A stretch of 64,000 nucleotides of DNA from IMG/VR virus record IMGVR_UViG_3300025674_000014; one strand, written 5' to 3'. This document shows positions 9,440-19,353 of this stretch, piece by piece. Origin of the DNA: a virus (Duplodnaviria > Caudoviricetes). The notes under the pieces are model-generated. The model saw only the letters and a program-made list of their open reading frames with translations. It had not been told where the DNA came from and ran no database searches. Numbering within the stretch: position 1 is the first letter of the stretch; every line of letters starts with the position of its first letter. The translations under genes were made by a program, and so were the position numbers.

Positions 9440-10473
9440 TATCTTAGATAACTCCTTTTATTCTTGTTAGTTCTCATTAGGTAATACCTACCGTTAGGTT
9501 TTACCCCTAAAGCTACACCAGACTTTTTTAAACCTTTTGGACGCCTTATATCCCTAACACCGAAATGTTTTGATAATTTGTATGCATCTTGAGGACTAAT
9601 ATAAACAAATTTTGGTCCTCCGGGTTTTTGCATTACTTTAAAACTATTTGGTAAGTCTAAATTCGTTTTTAGGTATTCTGGTACAGTAGTAGCATGCTTT
9701 CTCATACCAGGGTCTCTTACAACAGCATGTTGTTGTCTATGATTTACTTTATTAGAATTAAAAAATGACTCTGAGTACATTTCATCATAATTATGATTAA
9801 TTAAGTTGTATAACTTATCAATATACTCTGTATTGCGTAAAAATTTAAAAGTTAAATTACCGACTGAAAATTCCCCCATACCTTTGAGACCTTCTTGTCT
9901 CATTTTCTTTATTTTCTGAAATAATTTTCTACCATAATTGTATAATGTTTCAGATTTACCTGAGTCATCTTTATACTTGTTAGTTAACTCTTCTAACTTG
10001 TCAATTTGAACCTTTATATCTTCAAATTTCTTTTTAACGTCTTCGTCTTTTATACTTGGTGGGTTATATTCTGGTTTTTTGACCCATTTACCCTCTTGTA
10101 AAGAATACAAGCCAGACGATACATGAGGTTCTTTTGTGTCTTGAAAATACATTTCGACTTCATGACCCTTTAACTTAATATCATGTTTGGTATTCCATAT
10201 AAAACGGATACCATCTAAAGCTGCTTTAACTAAATCTGTATCTTCGTCAATTTTGTTAAAGTCTAATAAGATGTGAACGTCTAAATCACTTTTTGGGGTG
10301 TAGTTGTAGTTAGCTAAGCTACCAGTTAATTGTATATCGTCAATTTTAGGAAGTTTTATAGGTACATTAGCTAAGAAATCCTTAGTAATATCAATAAGCT
10401 TTTTACGTAAAGCAGGAATCATTTTATCCTTTACGTAAAATTTAGGGTTTAAAGTTTCGTTGTAAAACTTCAC
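9439..10473 (-). CDS. Pol-beta superfamily nucleotidyltransferase with basic C-terminal extension
   Basis: DDIQLTGSLANYNYTPKSDLDVHI (GS...DxD) plus a third acidic residue in VEMY. GTG start. Confidence 0.75.
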   Translation of the reverse strand: MKFYNETLNPKFYVKDKMIPALRKKLIDITKDFLANVPIKLPKIDDIQLTGSLANYNYTPKSDLDVHILLDFNKIDEDTDLVKAALDGIRFIWNTKHDIKLKGHEVEMYFQDTKEPHVSSGLYSLQEGKWVKKPEYNPPSIKDEDVKKKFEDIKVQIDKLEELTNKYKDDSGKSETLYNYGRKLFQKIKKMRQEGLKGMGEFSVGNLTFKFLRNTEYIDKLYNLINHNYDEMYSESFFNSNKVNHRQQHAVVRDPGMRKHATTVPEYLKTNLDLPNSFKVMQKPGGPKFVYISPQDAYKLSKHFGVRDIRRPKGLKKSGVALGVKPNGRYYLMRTNKNKRSYLR

Positions 10474-10487
10474 ATTAATATTTAAGC

Positions 10488-10524
10488 AAAAAAAATGCCT
10501 ACCAAGCGCTTGGCAGGCATTTTT
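10488..10524. terminator. bidirectional intrinsic terminator
   Basis: AAAAATGCCT-a-CCAAG-cg-CTTGG-c-AGGCATTTTT inverted repeat. Confidence 0.75.
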
Positions 10525-10545
10525 GAACTACTCTATTTTGTTCGT

Positions 10546-11571
10546 TTAACCATTACGTTGGAAAAACTCCTGATTACCGCCCTTAATCTTGCTCTTAACA
10601 ACATTAGCGGAACCCTTAGGTGAAGTTGGGTGTCCCTTTCTCATACCTGTGATAGGGGTACCTTCATCACCGTCATTACCAACCTTGTCAGTAACTTTAC
10701 CGTCGCCGCCTTTGCTACCTACATTAGAGGTATGTGCGGACTTAACGACATTGTTCTTACCAGAAGGTTTTTCGGGGTTACCTTTCTTCTGGTTAACAAG
10801 TGGATGACCTAAATCTTCTGCTTCAATTTCTTCACCGAAATAGTTAAAGGTCTCTTCGTCCTCATCTTCCATTTCGTCCTCGTCAGCTTCTTCATCTTCG
10901 TCAGCGTCGTCTTCTTCCATTTCTTCGAAGCCACCAGCTGCCTGTTCGTCCTCATCACCAAGATCTCCTTCGGGTTCCATGTCGGCTTCGTCATCGCCGC
11001 CTTCTCCACCGTCAAGAACATCCATAAGAACGTCATGAAGTTTCTGTGCTAAATCTTTATCAATGGTAATCGTGACTTCATCTCCTCCCATTTCAACGTC
11101 ATCGCCGCCCTCGTCATCACCGATGCCAAGCTCAACTGCGTCAAACTGTTCGTCATCCATCACTTCCTCGTATAAACGATCAAAAATAGACTTATTCTTT
11201 GCCATACTATTATTTATATTCTCTTTTGCAATTTTCTTGTTTTCAGCTTTGAAATATGTATCTGCTCCTTCATCGGAGCTTTGTTTAATATCAAAAGCAT
11301 TGTCATCTCCAATAGCTGGGTTGTCTGGGTCTAATTCAGTACTTTTAAAATTATCAGCCCCCTTAGGTCCAGAATTGTCATGTACAAAGCCTTGAGTACT
11401 AGCATCATTACCAACTGGAATGTTTTTAATACCTTTAGAAGCTGCAGCATAAGTTTTATCTATTGCTTTGCCTGGCTTTAATTGTTGTTTAGCAGCTGCT
11501 TTACCAGGTGGGTTACCTGCTACTGCAGCATACGCTTCTTCAATTTGAATAAGATCTCTTTTTCTATTCAT
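10546..11571 (-). CDS. acidic low-complexity protein, possible internal head protein
   Basis: D/E-rich centre and two KG(H/N)P repeats. N-terminus MNRKRDL is shared with the upstream gene. Confidence 0.6.
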   Translation of the reverse strand: MNRKRDLIQIEEAYAAVAGNPPGKAAAKQQLKPGKAIDKTYAAASKGIKNIPVGNDASTQGFVHDNSGPKGADNFKSTELDPDNPAIGDDNAFDIKQSSDEGADTYFKAENKKIAKENINNSMAKNKSIFDRLYEEVMDDEQFDAVELGIGDDEGGDDVEMGGDEVTITIDKDLAQKLHDVLMDVLDGGEGGDDEADMEPEGDLGDEDEQAAGGFEEMEEDDADEDEEADEDEMEDEDEETFNYFGEEIEAEDLGHPLVNQKKGNPEKPSGKNNVVKSAHTSNVGSKGGDGKVTDKVGNDGDEGTPITGMRKGHPTSPKGSANVVKSKIKGGNQEFFQRNG

Positions 11572-12535
11572 GATTTTTAATATTTAAGTATTTTTCTGCT
11601 AATAAAGACATATCTCTATCACCATGTGAGTTAAATGACTCTTTTTTAACTTCATTACCGGTAATTTTCTTATAAGCCATAGCTTGACCTAATTCATCTT
11701 CATCTTTTTTACCAGCTTTCATTTTTTTATGAAAATTCTTAACCCAGACTTTCATCGCTTTTTCTCTATCACCAAAATTAAGTGTTTCGTCTTCAATATC
11801 GTAATCATCACCATACTTAGCCTTGGCCTCTATATGTTTTCTAATTACTTTAATAGCATCTTCTAAAGACATTTCTTCATCTTCGTTATCGTAGTATGAT
11901 TTATCTTCTGGAAAAGCATTATCATCTTCTTCATCATCATCATACCTTTTTTCATCTGCATCTGGATCTTCTGCGTCGGGATCAATACCCCTACTTCTTA
12001 AATCTTCTTCTCTATCATAATAAGGGTCCATATTAAATTCATCTTCTTCATCAGGATCATCAATGTTAGGACTACCACCAGAAGCAGGGTCATCAGGTGT
12101 ATCTTGAGAAAATCTCATAGATGTTTCGCCTGGTTGTTCATCACCCATGGCTTCATCACCCCAACTTTCAGGTTGTTGGTTAGGGCCTAAATCTTCGGCT
12201 TCTTCATCATGTTCTATGGAATTAATATCGACTTCCATTGTACCATGGTCGGTATCGATCTGTACATTATCATCATCAATATAGGCAATAGTACCATACA
12301 TATATAAATCTTGAGTACCGTATCTACCAGAGCGTAAATCATTTAAACTTCTACCAGCGTTAACTTTTACCTTATCACCTACTTGAAATTTTACTTCTTC
12401 GTCTTCGTAATTCTGAACTGGATTTTGATCTTCAGCTTCATCAGCCATTTCTTGACCAAATGCACTTGATTGTTCATCTTCACTAAAGCTTTCGTATAAT
12501 TTTGACAAATTTTCTAAGTCTCTTTTACGATTCAT
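11564..12535 (-). CDS. acidic low-complexity protein, possible internal head protein
   Basis: D/E-rich, N-terminus MNRKRDL, SH3/KOW-like segment FQVGDKVKV, and TAAATA upstream. Confidence 0.6.
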   Translation of the reverse strand: MNRKRDLENLSKLYESFSEDEQSSAFGQEMADEAEDQNPVQNYEDEEVKFQVGDKVKVNAGRSLNDLRSGRYGTQDLYMYGTIAYIDDDNVQIDTDHGTMEVDINSIEHDEEAEDLGPNQQPESWGDEAMGDEQPGETSMRFSQDTPDDPASGGSPNIDDPDEEDEFNMDPYYDREEDLRSRGIDPDAEDPDADEKRYDDDEEDDNAFPEDKSYYDNEDEEMSLEDAIKVIRKHIEAKAKYGDDYDIEDETLNFGDREKAMKVWVKNFHKKMKAGKKDEDELGQAMAYKKITGNEVKKESFNSHGDRDMSLLAEKYLNIKNHE

Positions 12536-12572
12536 GTCTATATTTATTCATTTTTTAGTTAAATAACAGTAT

Positions 12573-14318
12573 ATGAAACCTACCCGTGATTTTTATTTGG
12601 GTAATCCTAACTTGCCTACAGAGAATACTCAGTTTGAGTGGACACCGGCAATGATTAAAGATTTGAAGAAGGCAAAACAAAACCTTCTTTACTTCGCAGA
12701 AAATTTCTTCTTTATCGTTAACCTAGATCGTGGTCGTGAAAAGATTGGTCTACACTCTTGCCAGAAAAGAGCGTTAAGGGGTATGAGAGATAATCGTTTC
12801 TTTATATTACTTGCCTCAAGACAGATAGGAAAAACGACCATGATGACAATTTACACATTATGGCATGCTTGTTTTAATAATGATCAACGTATTCTTATAG
12901 TTGCTAACAAAGAAGGTACTGCAAAAGAAATATTTTCACGTATTCGAATGGCATATGAAGAGTTACCTAACTGGTTAAAGCCCGGTGTAACTGAATATGG
13001 TAAAGAATCGTTGAAATTAACTAACGGTACATCAATAGGTATTAGTACTACAACGGGAACAGCTGCTCGTGGTCAATCTATTAACGTGCTAGTACTGGAC
13101 GAGTTAGCATTTATTGAACCTCACTTGGTAGATCAGTTTTGGAAATCTGTTTTCCCTGTAATTTCATCATCGAAAAAGTCTAAAATCTTTATAGCATCTA
13201 CCGCAAACGGTACAGATAACCTGTTTTACAAGATATGGAACGGTGCTATTGAACATAAAAACGGTTGGGGTTACGATAAAATCTTATGGCATGAGGTTCC
13301 TGGTAGAGATGAACAGTGGAAGTACGAAACCATGCGTACTATTGGTAGTGAAGAAGCATTTAACCAAGAGTTCGGGTGTGAATTCATATCTTCTGGTGAA
13401 TTAGCTATAAATGAAGAATTATTTGAGGCTTTAAAGGTAAATTGTCAAAAACCAAAGATTGTAATGGAAGAAAACAATTACAAAATTTGGAGACAACCGG
13501 ATGACAACGGGGTTTATGTAGCAGGTGTTGATATTGCTGAAGGTGTACACCAAAATGCTAGTGTAATTCAAATATTAGACTTAAAAGACCTTAATAATAT
13601 AGAGCAAGTAGCCACATATTGGAGTAATACCATAAATCCCTTTAACTTTACCAGTAAATTACATGAAATTCTGTTACAATGGGGTAGTCCCCCAGCATTA
13701 ATTGAAAGAAATAGCTGTGGAGCCCAGGTAGTTGATCATTTATATCATACTTTACGTTATGGTAACATAGTTTCATTTGAAGCAGGACAAGGAAAAGCTA
13801 AAAATAACAGGTTAGGCGTTATATCTCACACAAATACCAAGTATAGATGTGTGATGAACATGAGATATTTCGTAAATGAACTACAAGCAGTTAATATTCG
13901 TGAGTTAGAAACATTAGTAGAGATTAAAAACTTCATAAAATATCCTAATGGTAAGTGGGCTGCTAAGCCTGGTATAGATATGATGGATGACCGTGTTATG
14001 TCCCTTGGTTGGGCTCTATTAATATTAGATAACGACCTTATTAGACGATATTTTGATGTGTTGCGGTTTGATACTAACGGTAGACCAGCTGAAATCAGAC
14101 GTTATGACTATGATTACGGTACAAATCTTAACAAAAAGTTGTTTAGCTGGGGTGAAGAAGACGAAACTGACCAGGTTGATACAATAGTCTTTACAGAAAA
14201 GACCGGGTCAGATCATAATTCTGAGTTAGATTGGATGAAACAGAATGGTTGGACACCGGTAGGTGACTTTCAAACTCATAGATCGTTTACTCCTGCTGCT
14301 AACTCATGGTTAGTTTAA
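12573..14318 (+). CDS. gp17: terminase large subunit
   Basis: Walker A ASRQIGKTT, Walker B VLDELAF, ASTANG, FNQEFGCEF and nuclease GVDIAEG. Confidence 0.95.
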   Translation: MKPTRDFYLGNPNLPTENTQFEWTPAMIKDLKKAKQNLLYFAENFFFIVNLDRGREKIGLHSCQKRALRGMRDNRFFILLASRQIGKTTMMTIYTLWHACFNNDQRILIVANKEGTAKEIFSRIRMAYEELPNWLKPGVTEYGKESLKLTNGTSIGISTTTGTAARGQSINVLVLDELAFIEPHLVDQFWKSVFPVISSSKKSKIFIASTANGTDNLFYKIWNGAIEHKNGWGYDKILWHEVPGRDEQWKYETMRTIGSEEAFNQEFGCEFISSGELAINEELFEALKVNCQKPKIVMEENNYKIWRQPDDNGVYVAGVDIAEGVHQNASVIQILDLKDLNNIEQVATYWSNTINPFNFTSKLHEILLQWGSPPALIERNSCGAQVVDHLYHTLRYGNIVSFEAGQGKAKNNRLGVISHTNTKYRCVMNMRYFVNELQAVNIRELETLVEIKNFIKYPNGKWAAKPGIDMMDDRVMSLGWALLILDNDLIRRYFDVLRFDTNGRPAEIRRYDYDYGTNLNKKLFSWGEEDETDQVDTIVFTEKTGSDHNSELDWMKQNGWTPVGDFQTHRSFTPAANSWLV

Positions 14319-14327
14319 ATATATTCA

Positions 14328-14906
14328 ATGACTACATACTCACAATCACCGTTTAACAAGGAAAGAAAGGATAAATTTGTCCTTGTTATACCTACTCCTA
14401 AGGTATTACGGGATGATATATCAAAAACGGTGAGAGATAACAAGTTTGTTAACCCAGACTCGGTACAATTTTCAATTTACGGTAGTGTTATACCAGAAGT
14501 TAGTGTACCTGAAGTGGAAACACGCTATAGTGGTCAGAATTTACACATTACTAGTCATAATCGCCCAACTTACCCGCCAATTGACGTAAATTTTACAATT
14601 GATAACAGATTTAGCAACTATTGGTTCATTTATTCGTGGTTGAATAAATTGCAAGATGATTATGCAGGTTATTTTGACGCGAGTAAAGATTATAAACCAG
14701 GAATGGTTGTTGAAGATTTGTATATGGCCAATTTTACCATTTATGGTTTAGATGAATACAACAAAAAAGTAGTTCAGTTTGATTTTTCAAAGGGATTTCC
14801 TACCAGGATCGGAGGAATCAGTTATTCATACAGAGACCCCGACGAAATTGAGTCGTCATTTACCTTGGCTTACAGTCAGTTTACGGTTAAGCTTCTTCAA
14901 GTTTGA
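14328..14906 (+). CDS. gp3: tail completion / tube terminator (T4 gp3-like)
   Basis: IPEVS, FTIDNRFSNYWFIYSW and FPTRIGGISY (tube fold). Located before the sheath gene. Confidence 0.65.
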   Translation: MTTYSQSPFNKERKDKFVLVIPTPKVLRDDISKTVRDNKFVNPDSVQFSIYGSVIPEVSVPEVETRYSGQNLHITSHNRPTYPPIDVNFTIDNRFSNYWFIYSWLNKLQDDYAGYFDASKDYKPGMVVEDLYMANFTIYGLDEYNKKVVQFDFSKGFPTRIGGISYSYRDPDEIESSFTLAYSQFTVKLLQV

Positions 14907-14965
14907 CATATTTATTAAAAAGGTGCATTTTAGACTTTTATATCTAAAAATGCATAAATATCGAT

Positions 14966-17461
14966 ATGGCACGAAGAACTATACAAAGTCCTGGTGTAGA
15001 AATTAATGAAGTAGATTTGTCCTTGCGTCCAGCAGACAAAATAGGTACAAATATTTTCATTACAGGTTTCTCTCCTGACGGACCAAATGATGAAATTGTA
15101 CAGGTATCCAGTTTATCAGAATTCACTCAGATTTATGGGGCCCCAACTAACCCAGCAGAAAGATATTTCTACCATACAGTGGCGGAATCTTTTAAAAGCA
15201 GAGCCAATATTTTGGTTAACAGATTACCATATGGTGAAAATTTAGGTTCTGGATTCTCGAACAACTATTTTGCGACTGTTTACCCGGTTGTACCTATTAA
15301 CCAAACAGCGTTCGATGCTTTAAGTGGCACCGAAAACAGTTATTTGTCAGCTAATATTGATCAAGAAGGTGGTCAAACTGAAACTCAATTCAGCCCAGCT
15401 TCAGCAGGGGATGATATCATATATTGTATCGGCAAACCAACGTTCCTTTCATTGACACAAGAGCAATATACAGCAATTATAGACGACTCTGCTTTTCAAT
15501 GGAGTGATACCCCAGGTATACCAGGTAGTTTTGAAGTAGATAATACCCAATCAACAACAGCAACTCAATTAGCTACATTGGCTAAGGCTGGTATTATAGT
15601 TTTAAATACAGCAAAAACTACAGTTAATCAAAAGTTTGAAGGTTATTACTTAAACATTGCTGATAATACAAATCTTTATGCCTCGACTGATTATGATGAT
15701 ATTGTAAAAGTAAAAGTTTCAAAAGATGAAACAAATAAAACTCAACAATATAGCGTTCTTCAAACCATACCCGAGTCTAGATTAAACTTCTTATTATCTG
15801 CTGATTATAACAGTGATGCAACCCCGGCGAACTTATCGTTAACTCAAGAAAGTATACCAACATTCAAAATTAATACACCATATTTTGATGATACGTTAAT
15901 ATTTGGTTTATACAAATTAAGACAGTCGGTATTTTCACCTGAAGTTACAAAACTTGATTATGTTTTAGAAGAAGGTTATTTTGGAAGTATAGATTATTAT
16001 AGACAAATTAATAACCCTAACGGTGGTGCTCCTATGAGTTTCTACTTACCGCAAATATTAACAAATAATAGTGTTAATTTAGCAGTTAAGATTAATAAAA
16101 ACATAATGGGTAGAGGTTCGTCTGGTAATCTTAATGATGACGGTACACCGAACAGAAAAGTGAGAGTAATCACAACCCAGCTTGTTAATAACTATTATGA
16201 AAGCGGCACATCAGGTGATGCAAATACATCTTACAGAGAAATTGTAGGTTTACCTCAAGCAAACATTTCTAATATTGCCGATGGTAATTATATTTACGAT
16301 GTTAATGGAAATAAAAGAACAGCAGAGTTTTCAATAGGAGATGCTTCACTGTTACCTGCAGGTTCTTACAGCACTACTAAAGAAACTAATAACGAAATCG
16401 GTGACTTACCCGGTAAGTTAGATAGAGTATTTGATAGATTAGCAAATATTGATTTATTTGATATCGATATTATGACTGATGGTGGTTTGAGTACAATCCA
16501 AACTACAGTAAAGAATACTGCTAACACATCAAATGCAAACAAATACTTTGATGATAGAGATGCATTAACTGGTATTGCTGGTTTAGGTACAACTGGTATT
16601 ACATTAGATGCTGATGCAAGTGCAATTAGATCATCTTGGGCAACTATTACTAATAAGTTTATTAACTTTGCAAGTAATGTTAGAAAAGATTTTATCTTTA
16701 TATCTGACCCAATTCGTCAAATTTTGATATCTGGCGACAATACAAAAGGTATTAATATACCAGGTCAGACATTCCCGTTAAACATTTTAACACCATTAAA
16801 ACAAATCTACAGTATTATTAATACAAATTATGCTGCAGCTTATGCATCATATGCCCAGGTTTATGATAATGGTGTTGGAGGTCAGGTTTGGATTCCATTC
16901 TCTGGTATAGCAGCTGCGAATTACGCTCGCACCGATGCAAGTTTTGCACCATGGTATGCACCAGCTGGTTTCACTAGAGGGTTGGTTGCAGTAAATGATA
17001 TTGCATTATATCCAAATCAGAAACAAAGAGATCAGTTATACGATCAAGTTAATATAAACCCTGTTGCGTTCTTCCCGAGCGAAGGGTTTGTAATATTTGG
17101 TCAGAAGACACTTCAAAGTCAACCAAGTGCGTTTGACAGAGTAAATGTTCGTCGTTTGTTCCTTTACTTAGAAAAACGTACAAGGGAAACAGTGAAGTAT
17201 TTCGTCTTCGAGCCAAACACTCTGTTTACCAGGACAAACGTCATAAATGTTCTAACCCCAATCTTTGAAGATGCAAAGAACAATGAAGGCCTTTATGATT
17301 ATCTCATTGTTTGCGACGAACGTAATAATACGCCAGACGTCATCGATGCCAATGAATTGGTAGTAGATATATACTTGAAACCAGTTAGAGCTGCTGAGTT
17401 TATCTTAGTAAACTTCTATGCTACGCGCACCGGTACTGATTTTAGCGAAATTGTCGGTTAA
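14966..17461 (+). CDS. gp18: tail sheath protein
   Basis: SPGVEINEVDLS, PWYAPAGFTRG, FDRVNVRRLF, FEPNT and KPVRAAEFI. Confidence 0.95.
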   Translation: MARRTIQSPGVEINEVDLSLRPADKIGTNIFITGFSPDGPNDEIVQVSSLSEFTQIYGAPTNPAERYFYHTVAESFKSRANILVNRLPYGENLGSGFSNNYFATVYPVVPINQTAFDALSGTENSYLSANIDQEGGQTETQFSPASAGDDIIYCIGKPTFLSLTQEQYTAIIDDSAFQWSDTPGIPGSFEVDNTQSTTATQLATLAKAGIIVLNTAKTTVNQKFEGYYLNIADNTNLYASTDYDDIVKVKVSKDETNKTQQYSVLQTIPESRLNFLLSADYNSDATPANLSLTQESIPTFKINTPYFDDTLIFGLYKLRQSVFSPEVTKLDYVLEEGYFGSIDYYRQINNPNGGAPMSFYLPQILTNNSVNLAVKINKNIMGRGSSGNLNDDGTPNRKVRVITTQLVNNYYESGTSGDANTSYREIVGLPQANISNIADGNYIYDVNGNKRTAEFSIGDASLLPAGSYSTTKETNNEIGDLPGKLDRVFDRLANIDLFDIDIMTDGGLSTIQTTVKNTANTSNANKYFDDRDALTGIAGLGTTGITLDADASAIRSSWATITNKFINFASNVRKDFIFISDPIRQILISGDNTKGINIPGQTFPLNILTPLKQIYSIINTNYAAAYASYAQVYDNGVGGQVWIPFSGIAAANYARTDASFAPWYAPAGFTRGLVAVNDIALYPNQKQRDQLYDQVNINPVAFFPSEGFVIFGQKTLQSQPSAFDRVNVRRLFLYLEKRTRETVKYFVFEPNTLFTRTNVINVLTPIFEDAKNNEGLYDYLIVCDERNNTPDVIDANELVVDIYLKPVRAAEFILVNFYATRTGTDFSEIVG

Positions 17462-17489
17462 CCAATAGCTTAAATTAGTACATCTTCCT

Positions 17490-17517
17490 AAACCGGGTCG
17501 TAAGGCCCGGTTTTTTT
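17490..17517 (+). terminator. intrinsic terminator
   Basis: AAACCGGGTC-GTAA-GGCCCGGTTT followed by a T-run. Confidence 0.85.
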
Positions 17518-17550
17518 ATCAAAAGATAACTAGTAAGCATAAATAATGAT

Positions 17551-18096
17551 ATGCCAGACGTACGTCAAACAATATCTGATTTTTACAGAGTAGCAGTAGA
17601 ACGTGACTTCGCAAGAGATTTTCAATTCAGAGTCTTGAGCATTGACTCAGGCGGTGCCAGTTCCGTCACATTTGATGAAGATGACCTTGTGTATTGCACA
17701 GCTGCTAATTTACCAGCAAGAGCAATTACTAATGTAGCGGTACCATACATGGGGTTAAATTTTAATGTACCTGGAAATGCTACTTACCCTGGAAGTGATG
17801 GTTATACCCTTAACTTTTACAGTGATCAAAACTCAGTACTTAGACAGAAATTTGAAGACATGTCTAGAGATATTTTTGATGACGCTACTAGTACTGGTAA
17901 TTATTTTGCACCTAGACAATCTGCTGTTATCGACTTAGTTCAGTTAGATACACAGTTAGATGCAGTTGCACAATATCAGTTAGTTGGTGCATCGGTTAGA
18001 AATGTTGGTGAATTAACGTACAACATTTCTGGCGGCAGTGGTACTATAGTTAACTTTACAGCTACTATGGCATACCACTACTTTAGACGTCGTTAA
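17551..18096 (+). CDS. gp19: tail tube protein
   Basis: Follows the sheath gene. ARDFQFRV, AANLPAR, VPYMG and FTATMAYHYF. Confidence 0.8.
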   Translation: MPDVRQTISDFYRVAVERDFARDFQFRVLSIDSGGASSVTFDEDDLVYCTAANLPARAITNVAVPYMGLNFNVPGNATYPGSDGYTLNFYSDQNSVLRQKFEDMSRDIFDDATSTGNYFAPRQSAVIDLVQLDTQLDAVAQYQLVGASVRNVGELTYNISGGSGTIVNFTATMAYHYFRRR

Positions 18097-18102
18097 TACT
18101 TT

Positions 18103-18453
18103 ATGATAGAGGTTCTATTTGAGGTTGACGAGGGGCCAGCCTTTACAGAGTATGTAATGTACATAAAAAAGAACGTTAAACGTTCTAGAGCCGGTTGTTT
18201 ATCAGTTTACACCGACAAAAAGCAAGATGATTACCTTTTTGTCGGTTCTTCTTTTGTAGAACAACGGTTTAGAGGTAAAGGTTATGGCAAATGTATGTAT
18301 GAATATGCAATTAACGACAAAGGGGCATTAAAAACTAATTATCATGAAGCATCAGATCAAGCCCAAAACGTTTGGAGGTCATTAATTAAAAAATATAAGT
18401 ATAGAAAAGATTTTTTTAGTGGTACTTTGACCTTATATAATAAACCTAAATAA
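18103..18453 (+). CDS. GNAT-family acetyltransferase
   Basis: Motif A VEQRFRGKGYGKCMY and SDQAQNVW. Confidence 0.75.
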   Translation: MIEVLFEVDEGPAFTEYVMYIKKNVKRSRAGCLSVYTDKKQDDYLFVGSSFVEQRFRGKGYGKCMYEYAINDKGALKTNYHEASDQAQNVWRSLIKKYKYRKDFFSGTLTLYNKPK

Positions 18454-18458
18454 TAATA

Positions 18459-19337
18459 GTGAATAATCCTTTCTCAAGTGCAATAAGAGGTTTGGGTAAA
18501 AATGTAAGTGGTTTACTTACAGGTCAAAACCCTTTAGCTCAACCTCAAATTACTTCTGTTTTTGGATTTGCTGTACCTGGTGTGCCGTTAATAAGCACCA
18601 GAGACTTCTTTTTATCACAAATGGAGTCTTGGTTCTCAGCTATACCGTTAAGAACACAATGGATGGTTCTAATTCAAGGTTACCCTGCATTACTTCAAAC
18701 ACAAGTAATACATTCCCTAGAAAGGTATGAAGGTAACTATAATAATTTTGATATAAGTCAGGCTGTAAGTATTTTAAAATCATTTCCTCTTAATAGGGTA
18801 ACGGGGTGTGTGTTTGCTCAAGGTGTTAATATACCATCTGGTCAAACTTTAGACACTCAAAAGGATAAAATCTTTGGAGATAAGCAAAGAGGGTTCTTAC
18901 CTGGTCAGATTAGTTCAGGTAAAAACGCATTTGACAATCTTACAATACAATTTAGAGAAACAAATACATCTTTTGTTGATTTTGTAGTAAGACCTTGGTC
19001 AATGTTATCTAGTCATTTTGGTTTTGTAGCAAGAGAAGCAGGTGACTTAAGAGATATGAAAACTAATATTACGATTTTACAATATACTAGATCGTATCAA
19101 AAAATATCTCAAATACCTAGAAAGATTTGGACTTTTTATAACTGTTATCCAGTGTCAGTAGATAATAAAAATCTAACTTATGATGCCGAAGCAATGGATA
19201 TACATTCTACACAATGGGCATTTAGCAATTATGCTATTCAGAACAATTTGTACTTACCATTACCTGACATTATTAATAAGATAGCATCTGGAAATATCAA
19301 CCGCTTGTCGCCTTTCCAGCGTGGAGGATTTGCTTAA
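18459..19337 (+). CDS. tail-tube-fold baseplate/tube initiator (gp54/gp48-like)
   Basis: LTIQFRETN and YNCYPVSV tube-fold motifs. Position after gp19. Confidence 0.55.
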   Translation: MNNPFSSAIRGLGKNVSGLLTGQNPLAQPQITSVFGFAVPGVPLISTRDFFLSQMESWFSAIPLRTQWMVLIQGYPALLQTQVIHSLERYEGNYNNFDISQAVSILKSFPLNRVTGCVFAQGVNIPSGQTLDTQKDKIFGDKQRGFLPGQISSGKNAFDNLTIQFRETNTSFVDFVVRPWSMLSSHFGFVAREAGDLRDMKTNITILQYTRSYQKISQIPRKIWTFYNCYPVSVDNKNLTYDAEAMDIHSTQWAFSNYAIQNNLYLPLPDIINKIASGNINRLSPFQRGGFA

Positions 19338-19353
19338 TTAGATAAGTTATTAA

